Of a DNA stretch of 64,000 bases, positions 24,244 to 35,538 are shown piece after piece; within the stretch, counting starts at the first letter, position 1, and every line of letters begins with the position of its first letter. The notes beneath the pieces were generated by a model. It ran no database searches and was not told the origin of the DNA. It saw only the letters and a program-made list of their open reading frames with translations. The stretch lies in assembly GCA_963735595.1 (NCBI GenBank), contig CAVTLK010000004.1:64001-128000 (forward strand), given 5' to 3'. Both the position numbers and the translations under genes were made by a program. This DNA is from an uncultured delta proteobacterium. GTDB taxonomy: Bacteria > Desulfobacterota > Zymogenia > Zymogenales > Zymogenaceae.

Positions 24244-24888
24244 CTACGAGGTGAGGGTATCAAGGAACTCGGCCGCCGCCACCCGGATCCGGTCGAAGAC
24301 CGCGTCTTGCCCGAGCATTCCGTCCACCGTGATTACAAACGGCAGGCACGCCATATGCCCGTCGAAGATCTCCTTGACCCGGTTCAGGTACTCCTCGCGC
24401 TCGAAGGAGGTGAAGCCGCCGCGGGCTCGTTTGATGCGCCTTAAGCCTTCCGCCACGCTGATCGAGATATAGAATACGCGGTCGGGCGCCGGCGCGAAGG
24501 CCTCGTTTTCGATCCGTATCCGCTCGGGGTCGATGCCGCGGGCGCCCTGGTATGCCATCGTCGAAAAGTAATAGCGGTCAAGAACCACGACTCGTCGATC
24601 GGCAAGCGCCGGCCCGATGTTCTCTTCGACGTTTTGCTTCCGGTCGAGCAGGAATAGCTCGTACTCCCGCTCGGGGTCTTCGCGCCGCCTGTTGGCGTGG
24701 GCGGCCAGTCGGATCTTCTTTCCATATTTCCCGTCGGTCGGCTCCCTCAGTAAAGCAACATCGTATCCCTCGCGCGCGAGGTGGTCGCCGAGACGCCCGG
24801 CCTGCGTGGACTTCCCCGAACCGTCGATGCCTTCGATAACGAACAGAACGCCCCGGGAGATATCCTTCTTGTGCGCCGGATGAGACAT
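24244..24888 (-). CDS. tmk: Thymidylate kinase
   Basis: IEGIDGSGKSTQ P-loop, REPT, LDRYYFSTMAYQG. Confidence 0.93.
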   Translation of the reverse strand: MSHPAHKKDISRGVLFVIEGIDGSGKSTQAGRLGDHLAREGYDVALLREPTDGKYGKKIRLAAHANRRREDPEREYELFLLDRKQNVEENIGPALADRRVVVLDRYYFSTMAYQGARGIDPERIRIENEAFAPAPDRVFYISISVAEGLRRIKRARGGFTSFEREEYLNRVKEIFDGHMACLPFVITVDGMLGQDAVFDRIRVAAAEFLDTLTS

Positions 24889-25191
24889 GGAGAATCTATA
24901 ACACAGCCGACAAAATAAAACAATGGCAGAGAGCCGAAAAATGCGGCCCATAAGACGGGCGATCCCGGACACACGATCTCGTTACCGCTTGCAGAGGGTG
25001 TTCTTTTATCGGGACCGCCGCTACTAATCTTTCTTTTCAATACAGAAACGATATATTATAATTGGGTATTGACTCGCGAAGCGTACGGCATCGCCCGTGC
25101 CGGCAGCCAAGGCCCCGGGCCGATCGAACAGGAGATATCGGCATAAAAAGTGACCGGGGTCACCATGCCCCGCCGACTATAATATTATACT

Positions 25192-25219
25192 TTGACACTC
25201 AAAGAAAAAATGGTATACT
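25192..25219 (+). promoter_or_regulatory. Sigma70 promoter TTGACA-N16-(TG)TATACT
   Basis: Near-consensus hexamers ~30 nt upstream of the AGGAGG RBS and ATG at 25250. Confidence 0.65.
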
Positions 25220-25249
25220 TTATAGGGTTTATTAAAAAGGAGGTTGACT

Positions 25250-25937
25250 ATGGCATTAGATATCGGAAAGGCGTTTAAGTTCCCGCTCGCCGATCCCAAC
25301 TGGGTCGTTAAGGTTATCATAGGAACGGTCTTGAGCTGGATTCCGATCGTTAACTTTTTCTCTTTCGGCAACGCGTATCGCGTCTTCAAGAAGGTCCTCA
25401 ATAAGGGGGAGCCGGCGCTCCTCGAGTGGGACGACTGGGGCGGCTTCTTCATTGACGGCCTTAAGGTCTTCGCGATTTATCTCGTCTACATGATCGTCCC
25501 GATACTCCTTATGTTTGCCGGTCAGGGCTTGATCGGCAGCGCCATGTATAAAATGGCTATGGGCGGCTCCGGCGGTGGCGTTATGGCACTCGGCTGGATC
25601 GTTTATATCATCGCGATTATTCTGAGTATCTGCCTGGGTATTATCATGCCTATGGCCGTCGCTTATTTCGCCAAGAACAACGAGGACTTCGGGGCGATTT
25701 TCCGTTTTAAGGAAATCATCGCATCGGTCTTCAAGGTCATCGGGGACTATATCCTGGTTATCGCGATAGCGGTCGGCGTCGGTATCGTCTTCGCCGTCAC
25801 GTTCATGATAATCATCGGATTCATCCTGCTGCCGATTAGTATGTTCTACCTGATGGTTGTCTTCGCCACGCTGTACGGGCAGGCGTTTGCGCCCGCCTTC
25901 GACGGGGCGCCGGCTCGCGCCGGCAAAGAAGGCTTAA
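25250..25937 (+). CDS. DUF4013-type integral membrane protein (paralogue 2)
   Basis: FKFPLADPNWVVKVIIG...PIVNFFSFG...LEWDDWGGFF aligns with paralogue 1. The likely true stop is ~25937, before the terminator; the ORF track reads to 26002, probably through an indel. Confidence 0.75.
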
Positions 25938-25959
25938 TTCCTCAGGTACGGTGCGCTAC

Positions 25960-25987
25960 AAGGGGGGCGTGTGCCCCCCTTTTTTTA
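25960..25987 (+). terminator. Intrinsic terminator
   Basis: aaggggggc-gtgt-gcccccc followed by a T-run. Confidence 0.75.
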
Positions 25988-26009
25988 GGTATTCTTCAAT
26001 AAAACGTCT

Positions 26010-26480
26010 ATGAAATCCAACTCCCCGACCGCGCGTCTCAGTTTTAAGGATCGCAAATCGTTTTTTCTGCTCCAGGCGGTCGGGAGAGAATTCCCGGACA
26101 TCGACGACTACTGGGATGGGAATTGGATCCTTATTAAGGCGTCGCTCGGCATGCCGGGGCTCTCGGTTCAGATCACCGATCCCTGTATCCGGGTGGACGA
26201 GCTGGAGGCCTTTCTCCTGGAGCTCAGGAGCTTTTCCCTCGGACACCTCAACGCCGTGGAGTCGTCTTTCCGGGAGCCCGTGCTATCCATCGGGATTCAA
26301 TCCCCGGAGCCGGGAGAGGAAGACCTCCTCGCCCGTATCGAGATCAACGTCTTCACCGATGACGGCGTCGCCGGAACCGTGGCCGAGATGGACCTTCGGA
26401 ACGATAGTCTTGATCTCTTCATCCGGGGTATCGAAGACATACTCCGTGAATACCCGGTGCTGGCGCGGGAGACTCACTGA
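26010..26480 (+). CDS. Hypothetical protein, WapI-like immunity-protein family (tentative)
   Basis: 156-aa acidic protein with REFPDIDDYWDGNWI...F.EP...I..EYP, resembling proteins annotated WapI-like (from memory). Confidence 0.45.
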   Translation: MKSNSPTARLSFKDRKSFFLLQAVGREFPDIDDYWDGNWILIKASLGMPGLSVQITDPCIRVDELEAFLLELRSFSLGHLNAVESSFREPVLSIGIQSPEPGEEDLLARIEINVFTDDGVAGTVAEMDLRNDSLDLFIRGIEDILREYPVLARETH

Positions 26481-26538
26481 CCGGGATACGGGATCGCATC
26501 CACAAATCCGGGATAATTCAAAGGGAGCACCGTACGCC

Positions 26539-27246
26539 ATGGGCCCTATGGAATTTGACGATTCTGAAGAACTGAAAGTTACCGACGGCGTCTATCAGGT
26601 GGCGGGCGGCGATATTACCGACGGGGCCGATGCCGCCGCCTTTCTCCTTACCCTTGCCCGACCCATTCTCATCGATACCGGCGCGGGCCGCTCCATTGAC
26701 GGGCTCGTGGAAAACATCAGGGCCGTCGGGGTGGACCCCGCCACCGTCAAGGACGTAGTGCTCACCCATAATCACATCGACCACATCGGGGGCGCGCCCT
26801 ATCTGAAGGAGCGCTACGGCTGTCGGATCATTATGCACGAGATGGACGCCGCCGCCCTGCGATCCGGCGATGACCATGCCACGGCGGCCGGGATGTACGG
26901 CGTGTCGTTTCCGCCTACCCCGGTGGACGAAACGTTTAGCGGGCGGGAGCATCGTCTCGCGATCGGAAACGACACACTGGTCCTCGTCCATACCCCCGGC
27001 CACACGCCGGGGTCTATCTCTGTCTACATCGATCTGGGGGGCCGTCGCGTACTGTTTGCCCAGGATGTTCACGGTCCGTTCATGGCTGCGTTCGCCTCCG
27101 ATATCCACCAGTGGCGCCAATCCATGGAGCGGCTGATCGAGCTGGCGCCGGATATCCTCTGCGAGGGCCATTTCGGGATCTACGAACCGAAAGACCGGGC
27201 CGTCGCCTATATTCAAGGGTACCTCGACCGGTACGCCCGATATTGA
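26539..27246 (+). CDS. MBL-fold metallo-hydrolase
   Basis: LIDTG, THNHIDHIGG (HxHxDH), HTPGHTPGS, CEGH. Confidence 0.9.
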   Translation: MGPMEFDDSEELKVTDGVYQVAGGDITDGADAAAFLLTLARPILIDTGAGRSIDGLVENIRAVGVDPATVKDVVLTHNHIDHIGGAPYLKERYGCRIIMHEMDAAALRSGDDHATAAGMYGVSFPPTPVDETFSGREHRLAIGNDTLVLVHTPGHTPGSISVYIDLGGRRVLFAQDVHGPFMAAFASDIHQWRQSMERLIELAPDILCEGHFGIYEPKDRAVAYIQGYLDRYARY

Positions 27247-27292
27247 CCGAAGGCGGTACGGCGGCCGGTATTGTCCGGCGGATCCCCCGACG

Positions 27293-30166
27293 CTATGTCG
27301 TGGGACCGCCCCTGGCAAGGACCGTGTCGAGCACTTCGGTTATTGTCGCAATCCCATAGGGCTTGATGAGCACCCCGACAAATCCATGTGCCCGGAAATC
27401 GGCCATAATCGGATCGTTGGAATAACCGCTGGACACTACCGCCCTGACGGAAGGGTCAATCACCCGGAGACGCCTGATAGTCTCAATCCCCCCCATTCCG
27501 CCCTTAATCGTTAAGTCCATAATCACTAAATCAAAAGGCATCCCGGCCTGGGCGGCCCTTGTAAACTTTTCTATTGCCTCCCGGCCGTCCCGGGCTGTAT
27601 CTGCTTCATAGCCCAGCCCAATAAGCATGGTATAGGCGACGTCCCGAATGGCTTCCTCGTCGTCCATTATCAGGACATTCCCCTTTCCCCTCACGTTTTT
27701 TACGGCCACCGGGTTCCCCCGGATATGCGCGCTGCCTGATACCGGCAGGTAGATCATAAATGTGGTGCCGGTTCCAACTTTCGACCGGACGCCGATATGG
27801 CCGTCGTGATTCTTGACGATCGAATACGAAATCGAGAGGCCCAGGCCGCTGCCCTTCTCCTTGGTGGTAAAGAAGGGGTCAAATATCTTTTCGAGGTTCT
27901 CCGGCGGTATTCCCTGTCCCTTATCGGTAATGGTGACAAGAATATAGTCCCCGTTTGCAATCGGCAGTACGTCTTCATCCGAGATAGTGACATTTTCGGC
28001 CGATACCGCCAGCGTACCGCCATCGGGCATCGCCTGGTGCGCATTGATGACAATATTATTAAACACCTGGCTGATCTGCCCGATATCGGCCTCGACCGGC
28101 TTAAGATCCTCGGCGATCTGAAACTCGCACGGTATAGTAGAGCCCCCGAGGGCAAACGTTACCGAGTCTCTGATGAATTCGGAGACAATGACGGTTTCTT
28201 TAACGGGTACCCCTCCCCGGGAAAACGTGAGGAGCTGATGATTGAGACGTCCCGCCATGATCGAGGCCTTTTCCATCTTCTCGAGGCGGTCATAGATCTT
28301 TTCTCCCTTTTGGGTATAGGTCTTGGCCAGTGAGATGTTGGCCATAATAGCCGTCAGGATGTTATTATAGTCATGCGCGATCCCACCGGCAAGGATGCCC
28401 AGGGATTCGAGCTTCTGTGTCTTTCTGAGTTCATCCTCGATCCGTTTCTTTTCGGTTACGTCCCGAAAGACGAGGACCACGCCGATAATATTGCTGTCCC
28501 TGTCCTTGATCGGCGATCCGCTGTCGGCGACGATACGTTCCGTCCCGTCCTTGGCGATGAGGATCGTATCGCTTTCAATTTCGATCATTCCCGCACTGTC
28601 GATGATCTTCTTTACGGGGTCCTCGCACGCTAGGCGTGTAGTCTGGCTGATGATCCGGAAGACCTCCGAGAGCGGTCTTCCGCCGGCCTCGCTCTGAGAA
28701 AAGCCGGTCAATGCCTCCGCCGCCTTATTTATCAGGACGACCTTCCCGCCAATATCTGTCGTGATAACCCCGTCCCCGATGCTCTTGAGGGTTACGGCCA
28801 GCCGCTCCTTTTCTTCGGCAAGGGCCTCTTCGGCCCGCAGCCGCTCGGTCAGGTCCCTCAACGTCCCCTGGAAGCCGACGATCCTGCCCTGGCGCCTCAG
28901 TACCGTTACGTATCCCTCTACCTTTCGCTCGGTACCGTTCTTCGTATACATGCTGTACGTGAAGTTATCTATCGGGACGCCTGTCCTATACAGGGAGTTA
29001 TAGGTTTTGTAGATTTCCTCGGCCTTGTGGGGGGAGCAGAATTTTATGTAGCTTGCCCCGATAACCTCCTGCCAGGGGTATCCCGACATTTCGATGAGGG
29101 CGGAATTCGCCGCTGTGATAACCCCTGCGAGGTTTACGGTAAATACCCCCTCAATGGAATTTTCGAACAAATTACGCCACGTCTCTTCACGCTCCTTGAT
29201 CTGTTCCTCCGCCCGCATCCGGGCGACCGCAGTACCGATTTCACGGCCTATGCTTGAAAGGATATCCTGGATCTCCTCGGTGAAAAACAGTTTATGCGAG
29301 CCGGCGATATCCAGGGCCCCGATAGCCCTGCCCTGCGAGAGGAGGGGGACGATAGCATATGAGTGTGCGTCGAAAATCGCCCCCGGCACGTGATCCTTCC
29401 CCCGGCAGTCGTTATCGACGAACATCATGTTCCTTTGGAAGACACCATCGTACGGACTCTCGGATGTTTGCACCCTTCGGACTTGATCGATAGATTCCTC
29501 CAATAATCCATTATTCACGACGAGCTCGGCAACGTCCAGGTCTTCGTTCAGAAGGTAGACTCCGCCGCCGGCCAGATCCATGAGGTCAAGGATCGTCGCA
29601 AGGACACCCTCCAGGAGGGATTTGACGCTGTCGGCCTGGTTGGTCGAGATTATAACCCGGTTGAGTATCTCCAGTTTTCTCGTCTGTTTGCCGACCTCTG
29701 CCCGCGTCTTACTGTCGTCCGAGATGTCCCGCGCGATCTCCAGGCAGGCCGTCGATCCGTCGGGCAGGGGCACGGGGATCGAATGGATCTCGAGGATGAC
29801 GCCGTTAGCGCGGGATGCCTCTCGCATGAAAGGCTGCCGCTGCCTGATGGCCTCAATCGCGGTGCACGACGCGCACGGGCAATCCGTATTATAATAAAAC
29901 TCGTAACACTTGCGGCCGCCTGCCTTACCGGATACGCGGATCGACGCCTTATTCTGGAACACGATGTCGTACGATTCGTTGATGATATCAACGGAATCGG
30001 GCATCGCGTCGATCAGGGCATTGTTGATCTTGAGGAGGCGCCCGATATCTTCCCTTGCCCGGGACAACTCATCGGTGAGCGTTCGAATTTCGGACCGCAG
30101 TGCGTCTTTTGAGTCTTCCCGACGGTTCACCGCTGTTTCCTCGAAAAGATTGACAATTAGATACAT
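27293..30166 (-). CDS. Cytoplasmic hybrid sensor kinase PAS-GAF-PAS-PAS-HisKA-HATPase-REC
   Basis: [14 protein letters not shown]-box, NIVINA N-box, [20 protein letters not shown], receiver MDDE...MDL...KP. Confidence 0.92.
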   Translation of the reverse strand: MYLIVNLFEETAVNRREDSKDALRSEIRTLTDELSRAREDIGRLLKINNALIDAMPDSVDIINESYDIVFQNKASIRVSGKAGGRKCYEFYYNTDCPCASCTAIEAIRQRQPFMREASRANGVILEIHSIPVPLPDGSTACLEIARDISDDSKTRAEVGKQTRKLEILNRVIISTNQADSVKSLLEGVLATILDLMDLAGGGVYLLNEDLDVAELVVNNGLLEESIDQVRRVQTSESPYDGVFQRNMMFVDNDCRGKDHVPGAIFDAHSYAIVPLLSQGRAIGALDIAGSHKLFFTEEIQDILSSIGREIGTAVARMRAEEQIKEREETWRNLFENSIEGVFTVNLAGVITAANSALIEMSGYPWQEVIGASYIKFCSPHKAEEIYKTYNSLYRTGVPIDNFTYSMYTKNGTERKVEGYVTVLRRQGRIVGFQGTLRDLTERLRAEEALAEEKERLAVTLKSIGDGVITTDIGGKVVLINKAAEALTGFSQSEAGGRPLSEVFRIISQTTRLACEDPVKKIIDSAGMIEIESDTILIAKDGTERIVADSGSPIKDRDSNIIGVVLVFRDVTEKKRIEDELRKTQKLESLGILAGGIAHDYNNILTAIMANISLAKTYTQKGEKIYDRLEKMEKASIMAGRLNHQLLTFSRGGVPVKETVIVSEFIRDSVTFALGGSTIPCEFQIAEDLKPVEADIGQISQVFNNIVINAHQAMPDGGTLAVSAENVTISDEDVLPIANGDYILVTITDKGQGIPPENLEKIFDPFFTTKEKGSGLGLSISYSIVKNHDGHIGVRSKVGTGTTFMIYLPVSGSAHIRGNPVAVKNVRGKGNVLIMDDEEAIRDVAYTMLIGLGYEADTARDGREAIEKFTRAAQAGMPFDLVIMDLTIKGGMGGIETIRRLRVIDPSVRAVVSSGYSNDPIMADFRAHGFVGVLIKPYGIATITEVLDTVLARGGPTT

Positions 30167-30346
30167 GCCCGATCGGTTCCGGCTACCCGGTGTATTGCCG
30201 ATCAGCCGTTAAGACAGGTAATGAAACGAGTAGCGGACTATCCCGCTTCTCTCAACAACGATACCGCCGTAACCGTCCGTACGGCTCACCGAGTCTTCTC
30301 AGTCTTTCTGATACGGCTTTCACTTGTTGAGTCCCCAAAGCCGGGG

Positions 30347-31885
30347 CTACCTGATCAGTGACTTTCCGGTCATCCCGGCGGATTTTTTGTGCCCGAGGAT
30401 GGTCAGGATTGTCGGGGCGACGTCGGCAAGGATCCCCCGTTCAAGGGTGCGTCCCCGAAGGTCGGGGTCTACAAGGATTAAGGGGACCGGGTTGGTAGTG
30501 TGGGCAGTATGCGGTTCATTGTTCTTGAAATCCCACATCTCCTCGGCGTTGCCGTGATCGGCGGTGATGAGGATCGAGTAGCCCGCCTTCACGGCCTCGT
30601 CTACCACCCTGCCGACGCACGTATCCACTGTCTCGACGGCCTTTACCGCCGCCTCCATGACGCCGGTATGCCCCACCATGTCGGGATTGGCGAAGTTGAG
30701 GACGATGAGCCCGTATTTCTTTTCGGCAATCAGCGCCGTGACGCGCTCGGTAACCGCGCGGGCGCTCATCTCGGGTTTCAGGTCGTAGGTGGGTACGTCC
30801 TTGGGCGAAGGGACAAGGACCCGGTCCTCGAGGGCAAAGAGCCGTTCCTGGCCGCCGGAAAAAAAGAAGGTTACATGGGCGTATTTTTCCGTCTCGGCGA
30901 TCCTCAGCTGGGCCTTTTTAAGATCGGCGAAGACCTCCCCTAGGATATTATTCAGCGCCTGCGGCCCGAAGACGACCGGAAACGGGAAGGTTTCGTCATA
31001 TCGGGTCATCGCGAGAAATCCGGCGTGTTGTACCACGCGCTCCCGGACGAACCCGTCGAAGTCGGAAAACAGCAGCGCCCGCGTTATCTCGCGTGCGCGG
31101 TCTGCCCGAAAGTTGATAAAGAAGATACCGTCGCCGTCGGCAACCGTTCCGACGGGTTTCCCCCCCTCCGTTATCACCGTGGGGGTGACAAACTCGTCGG
31201 TCTGGCCGCCGTCGTAGGCCTGTCTGACGGCCGTCACGGGATCGGACGCGGTTTGGCCCCGCCCGAGCACGATGGCGTCGTATCCCTTCTGGACCCGATC
31301 CCACCGCTTGTCCCGATCCATTCCGAAGTAACGCCCCTGGAGACTGGCGACCTTGCCCGCACCGATTTCGGTCATAAAGGCAACCAGCTGCTGCATATAG
31401 CCGGCCCCGCTCGTAGGGGGTGTATCCCGGCCGTCGAGAAAGACATGAAAAAAGAGGCGCTCAATTCCCGAATTGTGAGCCACCCTGATCGCCGCGAAGA
31501 TATGGTCTATGTGGCTGTGTACCCCCCCGTCGGATAAGAGACCCATGATGTGGAGCGCAGCGCCTCTCTCCTTTACCTCCCCGCAGAAGCCCGTCAGGAC
31601 CTCGTTGGAAAAGAAAGACCCGTCGGCGATGGCCTTATTGATCCTCGTATAGTCCTGATAGACGATCCTCCCGGCGCCAAGGTTCAGGTGGCCGACCTCG
31701 CTGTTACCCATCTGCCTGTCGGGCAACCCCACGTCAAGGCCGCTGGCCGCTAACGTGGTAGAGGGATACTCGCTCGTCAGCCCGTCAATCACGGGGGTCT
31801 TCGCCTGGGCGACCGCATTGAATTCGGTATCAGCCCTGATCCCCCAGCCGTCCATAACGATAAGAATGATTCGTTTTTCAGTCAT
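30347..31885 (-). CDS. gpmI: 2,3-bisphosphoglycerate-independent phosphoglycerate mutase
   Basis: MDGWG, MGNSEVGH, DGGVHSH, DGRD, AETEKYAHVTFFF, NPDMVGHTG, TADHGNAE. Confidence 0.96.
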   Translation of the reverse strand: MTEKRIILIVMDGWGIRADTEFNAVAQAKTPVIDGLTSEYPSTTLAASGLDVGLPDRQMGNSEVGHLNLGAGRIVYQDYTRINKAIADGSFFSNEVLTGFCGEVKERGAALHIMGLLSDGGVHSHIDHIFAAIRVAHNSGIERLFFHVFLDGRDTPPTSGAGYMQQLVAFMTEIGAGKVASLQGRYFGMDRDKRWDRVQKGYDAIVLGRGQTASDPVTAVRQAYDGGQTDEFVTPTVITEGGKPVGTVADGDGIFFINFRADRAREITRALLFSDFDGFVRERVVQHAGFLAMTRYDETFPFPVVFGPQALNNILGEVFADLKKAQLRIAETEKYAHVTFFFSGGQERLFALEDRVLVPSPKDVPTYDLKPEMSARAVTERVTALIAEKKYGLIVLNFANPDMVGHTGVMEAAVKAVETVDTCVGRVVDEAVKAGYSILITADHGNAEEMWDFKNNEPHTAHTTNPVPLILVDPDLRGRTLERGILADVAPTILTILGHKKSAGMTGKSLIR

Positions 31886-31966
31886 TGGCGTTATTGATAG
31901 TCCCTGGTGACGGGAATCGACCCGTATGCCCCGTAGCGAATTGTCCGTGCCCGGCCGGCGCCGCCG

Positions 31967-32383
31967 TCACCGCTGCCGGCCGCCGGGCGCGTCAGGAGCG
32001 GTCGGGGCGGCCTTTGTCTCAACGGCAAGCCCCTTCTCGTCATAGCGCGCCCTGGGAACCTCATGCCAGAGGCCCTCGATATCGTAAAAGAGACGGACCG
32101 GCTCAAGAAAGATATGGATGATCACATCACCGTAGTCCATGAGGACCCACCGGCCCTCCGTGGTCCCCTCCACACCGATGGGGCGGATGCCCTGGGCCGA
32201 CAGAGTCTCCTGGATGTGCTGCGCTGTCCGAATTGCGTGCAGGTCCGAGGTCCCGGTCATAATGATGATAAAATCGGTAAAGCTCGAGAAATTCCTGACG
32301 TCAAGGACGACCAGGTCCCTGACTTTTCTGTCCAGGATTGCCCCAATGAAGGCGTCCGGACCGACTGTGGTACTCGTTTTCAG
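31967..32383 (-). CDS. rsfS: Ribosome silencing factor
   Basis: LDVRNFSSFTDF...WVLMDYGDVIIHIF..PVRLFYDIEGLW; follows nadD. Start approximate. Confidence 0.9.
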   Translation of the reverse strand: MKTSTTVGPDAFIGAILDRKVRDLVVLDVRNFSSFTDFIIIMTGTSDLHAIRTAQHIQETLSAQGIRPIGVEGTTEGRWVLMDYGDVIIHIFLEPVRLFYDIEGLWHEVPRARYDEKGLAVETKAAPTAPDAPGGRQR

Positions 32384-33042
32384 CGGTAAAGCCCTTTCTC
32401 TTGGATGTATCGATCCACCGCCGGCGGGACGAGGTAGCGAATCGATTTCCCCTGTCCTACCAGCCACCGTATGTGTGTGGCGGATATATCCATTGCCGTA
32501 ATATTATGGTAAATAAGACGCGTCCCGCTCTCGTGCACGAGGGTGCCCTCGGGGTCGCGTGAGAAAAGCGTCGCGATCTCGGGAGGCAGGCTGCACTCCG
32601 GCTCCATATTCCGCCCGGTCGGACGGTCCGTTACCACGAAGTGAGCCAGCTCGAAGAGACGCCGGTAGTCGTGCCACGTGGCGATCTCACAAAAGGCGTC
32701 CAGCCCAAGGATAAAATAAATATCGGCGCCGGGGCCGAGGCGATTGCGAAAATTGGAAAGCGTATCGACGGTATAGGATTTGCCCTCCCGCTTGATCTCA
32801 AGGTCCGAGGCATCAAAGAGCGGGTTGTCCTTCACGGCGCGCCGTAGCATCTCGTATCGGTGCACGGCCCCTGTGATCTGCGCCGGCGCCTTGTGGGGCG
32901 GTACGGCCGAGACCATAAAGATAATCCGTTCGAGATCTAAATCCTCGCATACTTCCTGTGCGCTCCGCAGGTGGCCCACGTGAATCGGGTTAAAGGTCCC
33001 CCCCACGATTCCAAGCCGACGTATCCCCAAGAGGCTCTTCAT
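32380..33042 (-). CDS. nadD: Nicotinate-nucleotide adenylyltransferase
   Basis: GGTFNPIHVGH, PPHK, SYTVDTL, ISATHIR. Confidence 0.95.
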   Translation of the reverse strand: MKSLLGIRRLGIVGGTFNPIHVGHLRSAQEVCEDLDLERIIFMVSAVPPHKAPAQITGAVHRYEMLRRAVKDNPLFDASDLEIKREGKSYTVDTLSNFRNRLGPGADIYFILGLDAFCEIATWHDYRRLFELAHFVVTDRPTGRNMEPECSLPPEIATLFSRDPEGTLVHESGTRLIYHNITAMDISATHIRWLVGQGKSIRYLVPPAVDRYIQEKGLYR

Positions 33043-33054
33043 AGCGTGTCCCGC

Positions 33055-34311
33055 CTAAGACCGTACCTGCCCGTCGCCGAAGCCGATAAACTTCGTGGTG
33101 GTCAGCTCCAGAAGGCCCATCGGCCCGAACGCGTGCAGCTTCGTCGTGGATATCCCGATCTCGGCCCCCAGCCCCAGCTCAAATCCATCGGAGAATCTCG
33201 TTGAGGCGTTGACAAACACGCACGACGAATTGACCTCGTCGACGAACCTCCGCGCGTTGGCGACGTCCCGTGTGACGATAGATTCGGTATGGAGAGACCC
33301 GTAGCGCTCTATGTGTGCGATCGCCTCGTCAATGCCGGAGACAACCCGCACGGCCAGGATCAGGTCAAGATATTCCGCGTACCAGTCTTCCTCGGTTGCC
33401 GGCTTGGCCGCGGGCGCCAGCGCCAGCGTCTCGGGGCAGCCCCGCAGCTCGACTCCCCGCTCCGTGAGGGCGCCGGCCGCCTTTGGCAGCCAACCGGCCG
33501 CGGCCGATCGGTGAACGAGGAGGGTCTCTGCAGCATTGCAGACGCCGGGGCGCTGTGTCTTGGCGTTAAGGATGATCGAGAGCGCCATTTCCGGATCGGC
33601 CGATTCATCTACAAAGACGTGGCAGACGCCCTTGTAGTGCTTGATGACCGGAATTCGGGATATCTCAACGACCTTCCGGATCAATTCCTCTCCCCCCCGG
33701 GGTATGATAACGTCAATATAGTCGTCGAGCTTCAGCAGCTCATCGACGGCCTGGTGATCGGTGATCCCGAGTATCCCGATCGCCCCTTCGGGAACGCCGT
33801 AGCGCGCGGCCGCCCGGGCAAGAACGTCCGCGACGGCGACATTGGACGAAATCGCTTCCGATCCCCCGCGGAGCACCACGGCGTTACCGCTCTTCAGGCA
33901 GAGCCCGGCAGCATCCGCCGTGACGTTAGGACGGGCCTCGTAGATAATCCCGATAACCCCCAGCGGTATCCGCTGCCTGCCGACCAGGAGGCCGTTCGGC
34001 CTGCGCCACATACCGGTGATCTCGCCCACGGGGTCCGGCAGCGCCGCCACTTCCCTGAGACCGCCCGCCATGGAATCGATTACCCTGTCGCTCAGGGTCA
34101 GCCGGTCGATGACGGCGGCCGAAAGACCCTTGGCTCGCGCCGCTTCCAGGTCCTTCTCGTTTTCCTGTTTGAGGCGGGCCCTGTCTTTTTGGAGCCCCTC
34201 TGCCATGCCGAGGAGCGCATCGTTCTTAGCGGTGGCGCGCATTCCCGCCAGCCGCCGCGATGCGTCCCGGGCGGCCCGGGCCACCCGGAGCACTTCATCT
34301 CTCACCGACAT
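33055..34311 (-). CDS. proA: Glutamate-5-semialdehyde dehydrogenase
   Basis: [52 protein letters not shown]. Confidence 0.96.
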   Translation of the reverse strand: MSVRDEVLRVARAARDASRRLAGMRATAKNDALLGMAEGLQKDRARLKQENEKDLEAARAKGLSAAVIDRLTLSDRVIDSMAGGLREVAALPDPVGEITGMWRRPNGLLVGRQRIPLGVIGIIYEARPNVTADAAGLCLKSGNAVVLRGGSEAISSNVAVADVLARAAARYGVPEGAIGILGITDHQAVDELLKLDDYIDVIIPRGGEELIRKVVEISRIPVIKHYKGVCHVFVDESADPEMALSIILNAKTQRPGVCNAAETLLVHRSAAAGWLPKAAGALTERGVELRGCPETLALAPAAKPATEEDWYAEYLDLILAVRVVSGIDEAIAHIERYGSLHTESIVTRDVANARRFVDEVNSSCVFVNASTRFSDGFELGLGAEIGISTTKLHAFGPMGLLELTTTKFIGFGDGQVRS

Positions 34312-34392
34312 GCGTTTTCCCTGCTCAAATCATCCTGCCAATTGGGACGCGGCTCATCTTTCGCCGAACCGACCCGCGGTAAACCACGTTCT

Positions 34393-35520
34393 CTAAAAGA
34401 GGACAAGATTGTCCCGATGGATAACCTCGTCGGAGTATTTAAATCCGAGAACACCCTCGATGTCCCTGGTGTCCAGGCCCTTGATTTTGGTCAGCTCCTT
34501 CGCACCGTAGTTGACCAATCCCCGGGCGAATTCGGCGCCGTCCGGCCCCATCACCGAGATCGAATCACCGATATGAAAATCTCCCGCCACCCCCATGACG
34601 CCCTTCGGCAGGAGGCTCTTGCCCCCTTTTGAAATGGCAACGACGGCGCCCGTATCGACGGTAATGCTCCCCTTTGCCTTGAGGGTATAGGCGATCCAGT
34701 GCTTCCTGCTGGTCAGCCCCTCCCGTTTGGGGACAAAGAAGGTGCCGACCGGGCGTCCGGTAAAGACCTCCGTAATGACGTCCGGCACCCTGCCGCCGGC
34801 GATGATCGTGGGGACCCCCATGAAGGCCGCCATCTCCGCGGCCTCCACCTTCGACCGCATCCCCCCCCTTCCCACGGAGCCCGCCGTACCGCCTGCCGAC
34901 TCCTTGACGTTTTTTGTGATGCTCTTGACCAGTGGAACGATCCTCGCGTCGGGGAAAAGTCGCGGGTCTTTATCGTAGAGGCCCTCGGTATCCGTAAGGA
35001 TCATGAGGAGGTCGGCGGCGCACAGGTTCAATATCTGCGCCGCAAGGTTGTCGTTATCGCTCAGGCTGATCTCGGCGGTGGCCACGGTGTCGTTTTCGTT
35101 GATGATCGGAATGATGCCCATGTCAATGAGCGACAGCAGCGTGTTCCGGGCGTTGATGAAGCGATGGCGGTTCTTCAGGTCCTCGTGGGTCAGCAGCATC
35201 TGGCCGACGACGATAGAGAAGCGCTCGAAGGCGCGCTCATAGGCCCTCATCAGGGAAGTCTGCCCGACGGACGCGGCCGCCTGAAGAAGGGAAATAGAAG
35301 TCGGCTTTTTATCAAGCCCCATACGCGGCAGTCCGGCTGCGATAGCGCCCGACGAGACTATGATGACCTCCATCCCCCGTTTCTTGAGATCGGCGATCTG
35401 GGAAACGATCCGGTCGATGATGGAAAAATCGAGGCCCCCCTGCGCGGTCAGAACTCCGCTTCCGATCTTGATTACCGTCCGCGTCGCGTTCTTAATGTAG
35501 GTCTCGCGAATTGTGTCGTC
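34393..35520 (-). CDS. proB: Glutamate 5-kinase with PUA domain
   Basis: Upstream in-frame VIKIGSG, VSSGAIAAG, IINENDTV, DNDNLAA, GGMRSK, C-terminal PUA ending EVIHRDNLV. No canonical start codon visible near 35520. Confidence 0.93.
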   Translation of the reverse strand, partial: DDTIRETYIKNATRTVIKIGSGVLTAQGGLDFSIIDRIVSQIADLKKRGMEVIIVSSGAIAAGLPRMGLDKKPTSISLLQAAASVGQTSLMRAYERAFERFSIVVGQMLLTHEDLKNRHRFINARNTLLSLIDMGIIPIINENDTVATAEISLSDNDNLAAQILNLCAADLLMILTDTEGLYDKDPRLFPDARIVPLVKSITKNVKESAGGTAGSVGRGGMRSKVEAAEMAAFMGVPTIIAGGRVPDVITEVFTGRPVGTFFVPKREGLTSRKHWIAYTLKAKGSITVDTGAVVAISKGGKSLLPKGVMGVAGDFHIGDSISVMGPDGAEFARGLVNYGAKELTKIKGLDTRDIEGVLGFKYSDEVIHRDNLVLF

Positions 35521-35538
35521 CCCCCTTCAGGTAAGGGT

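Noticed and set aside
30170..30340. Riboswitch upstream of the hybrid kinase
   Set aside because: Small hairpins are present, but I found no match to c-di-GMP, c-di-AMP or other riboswitch consensus sequences I can recognise.
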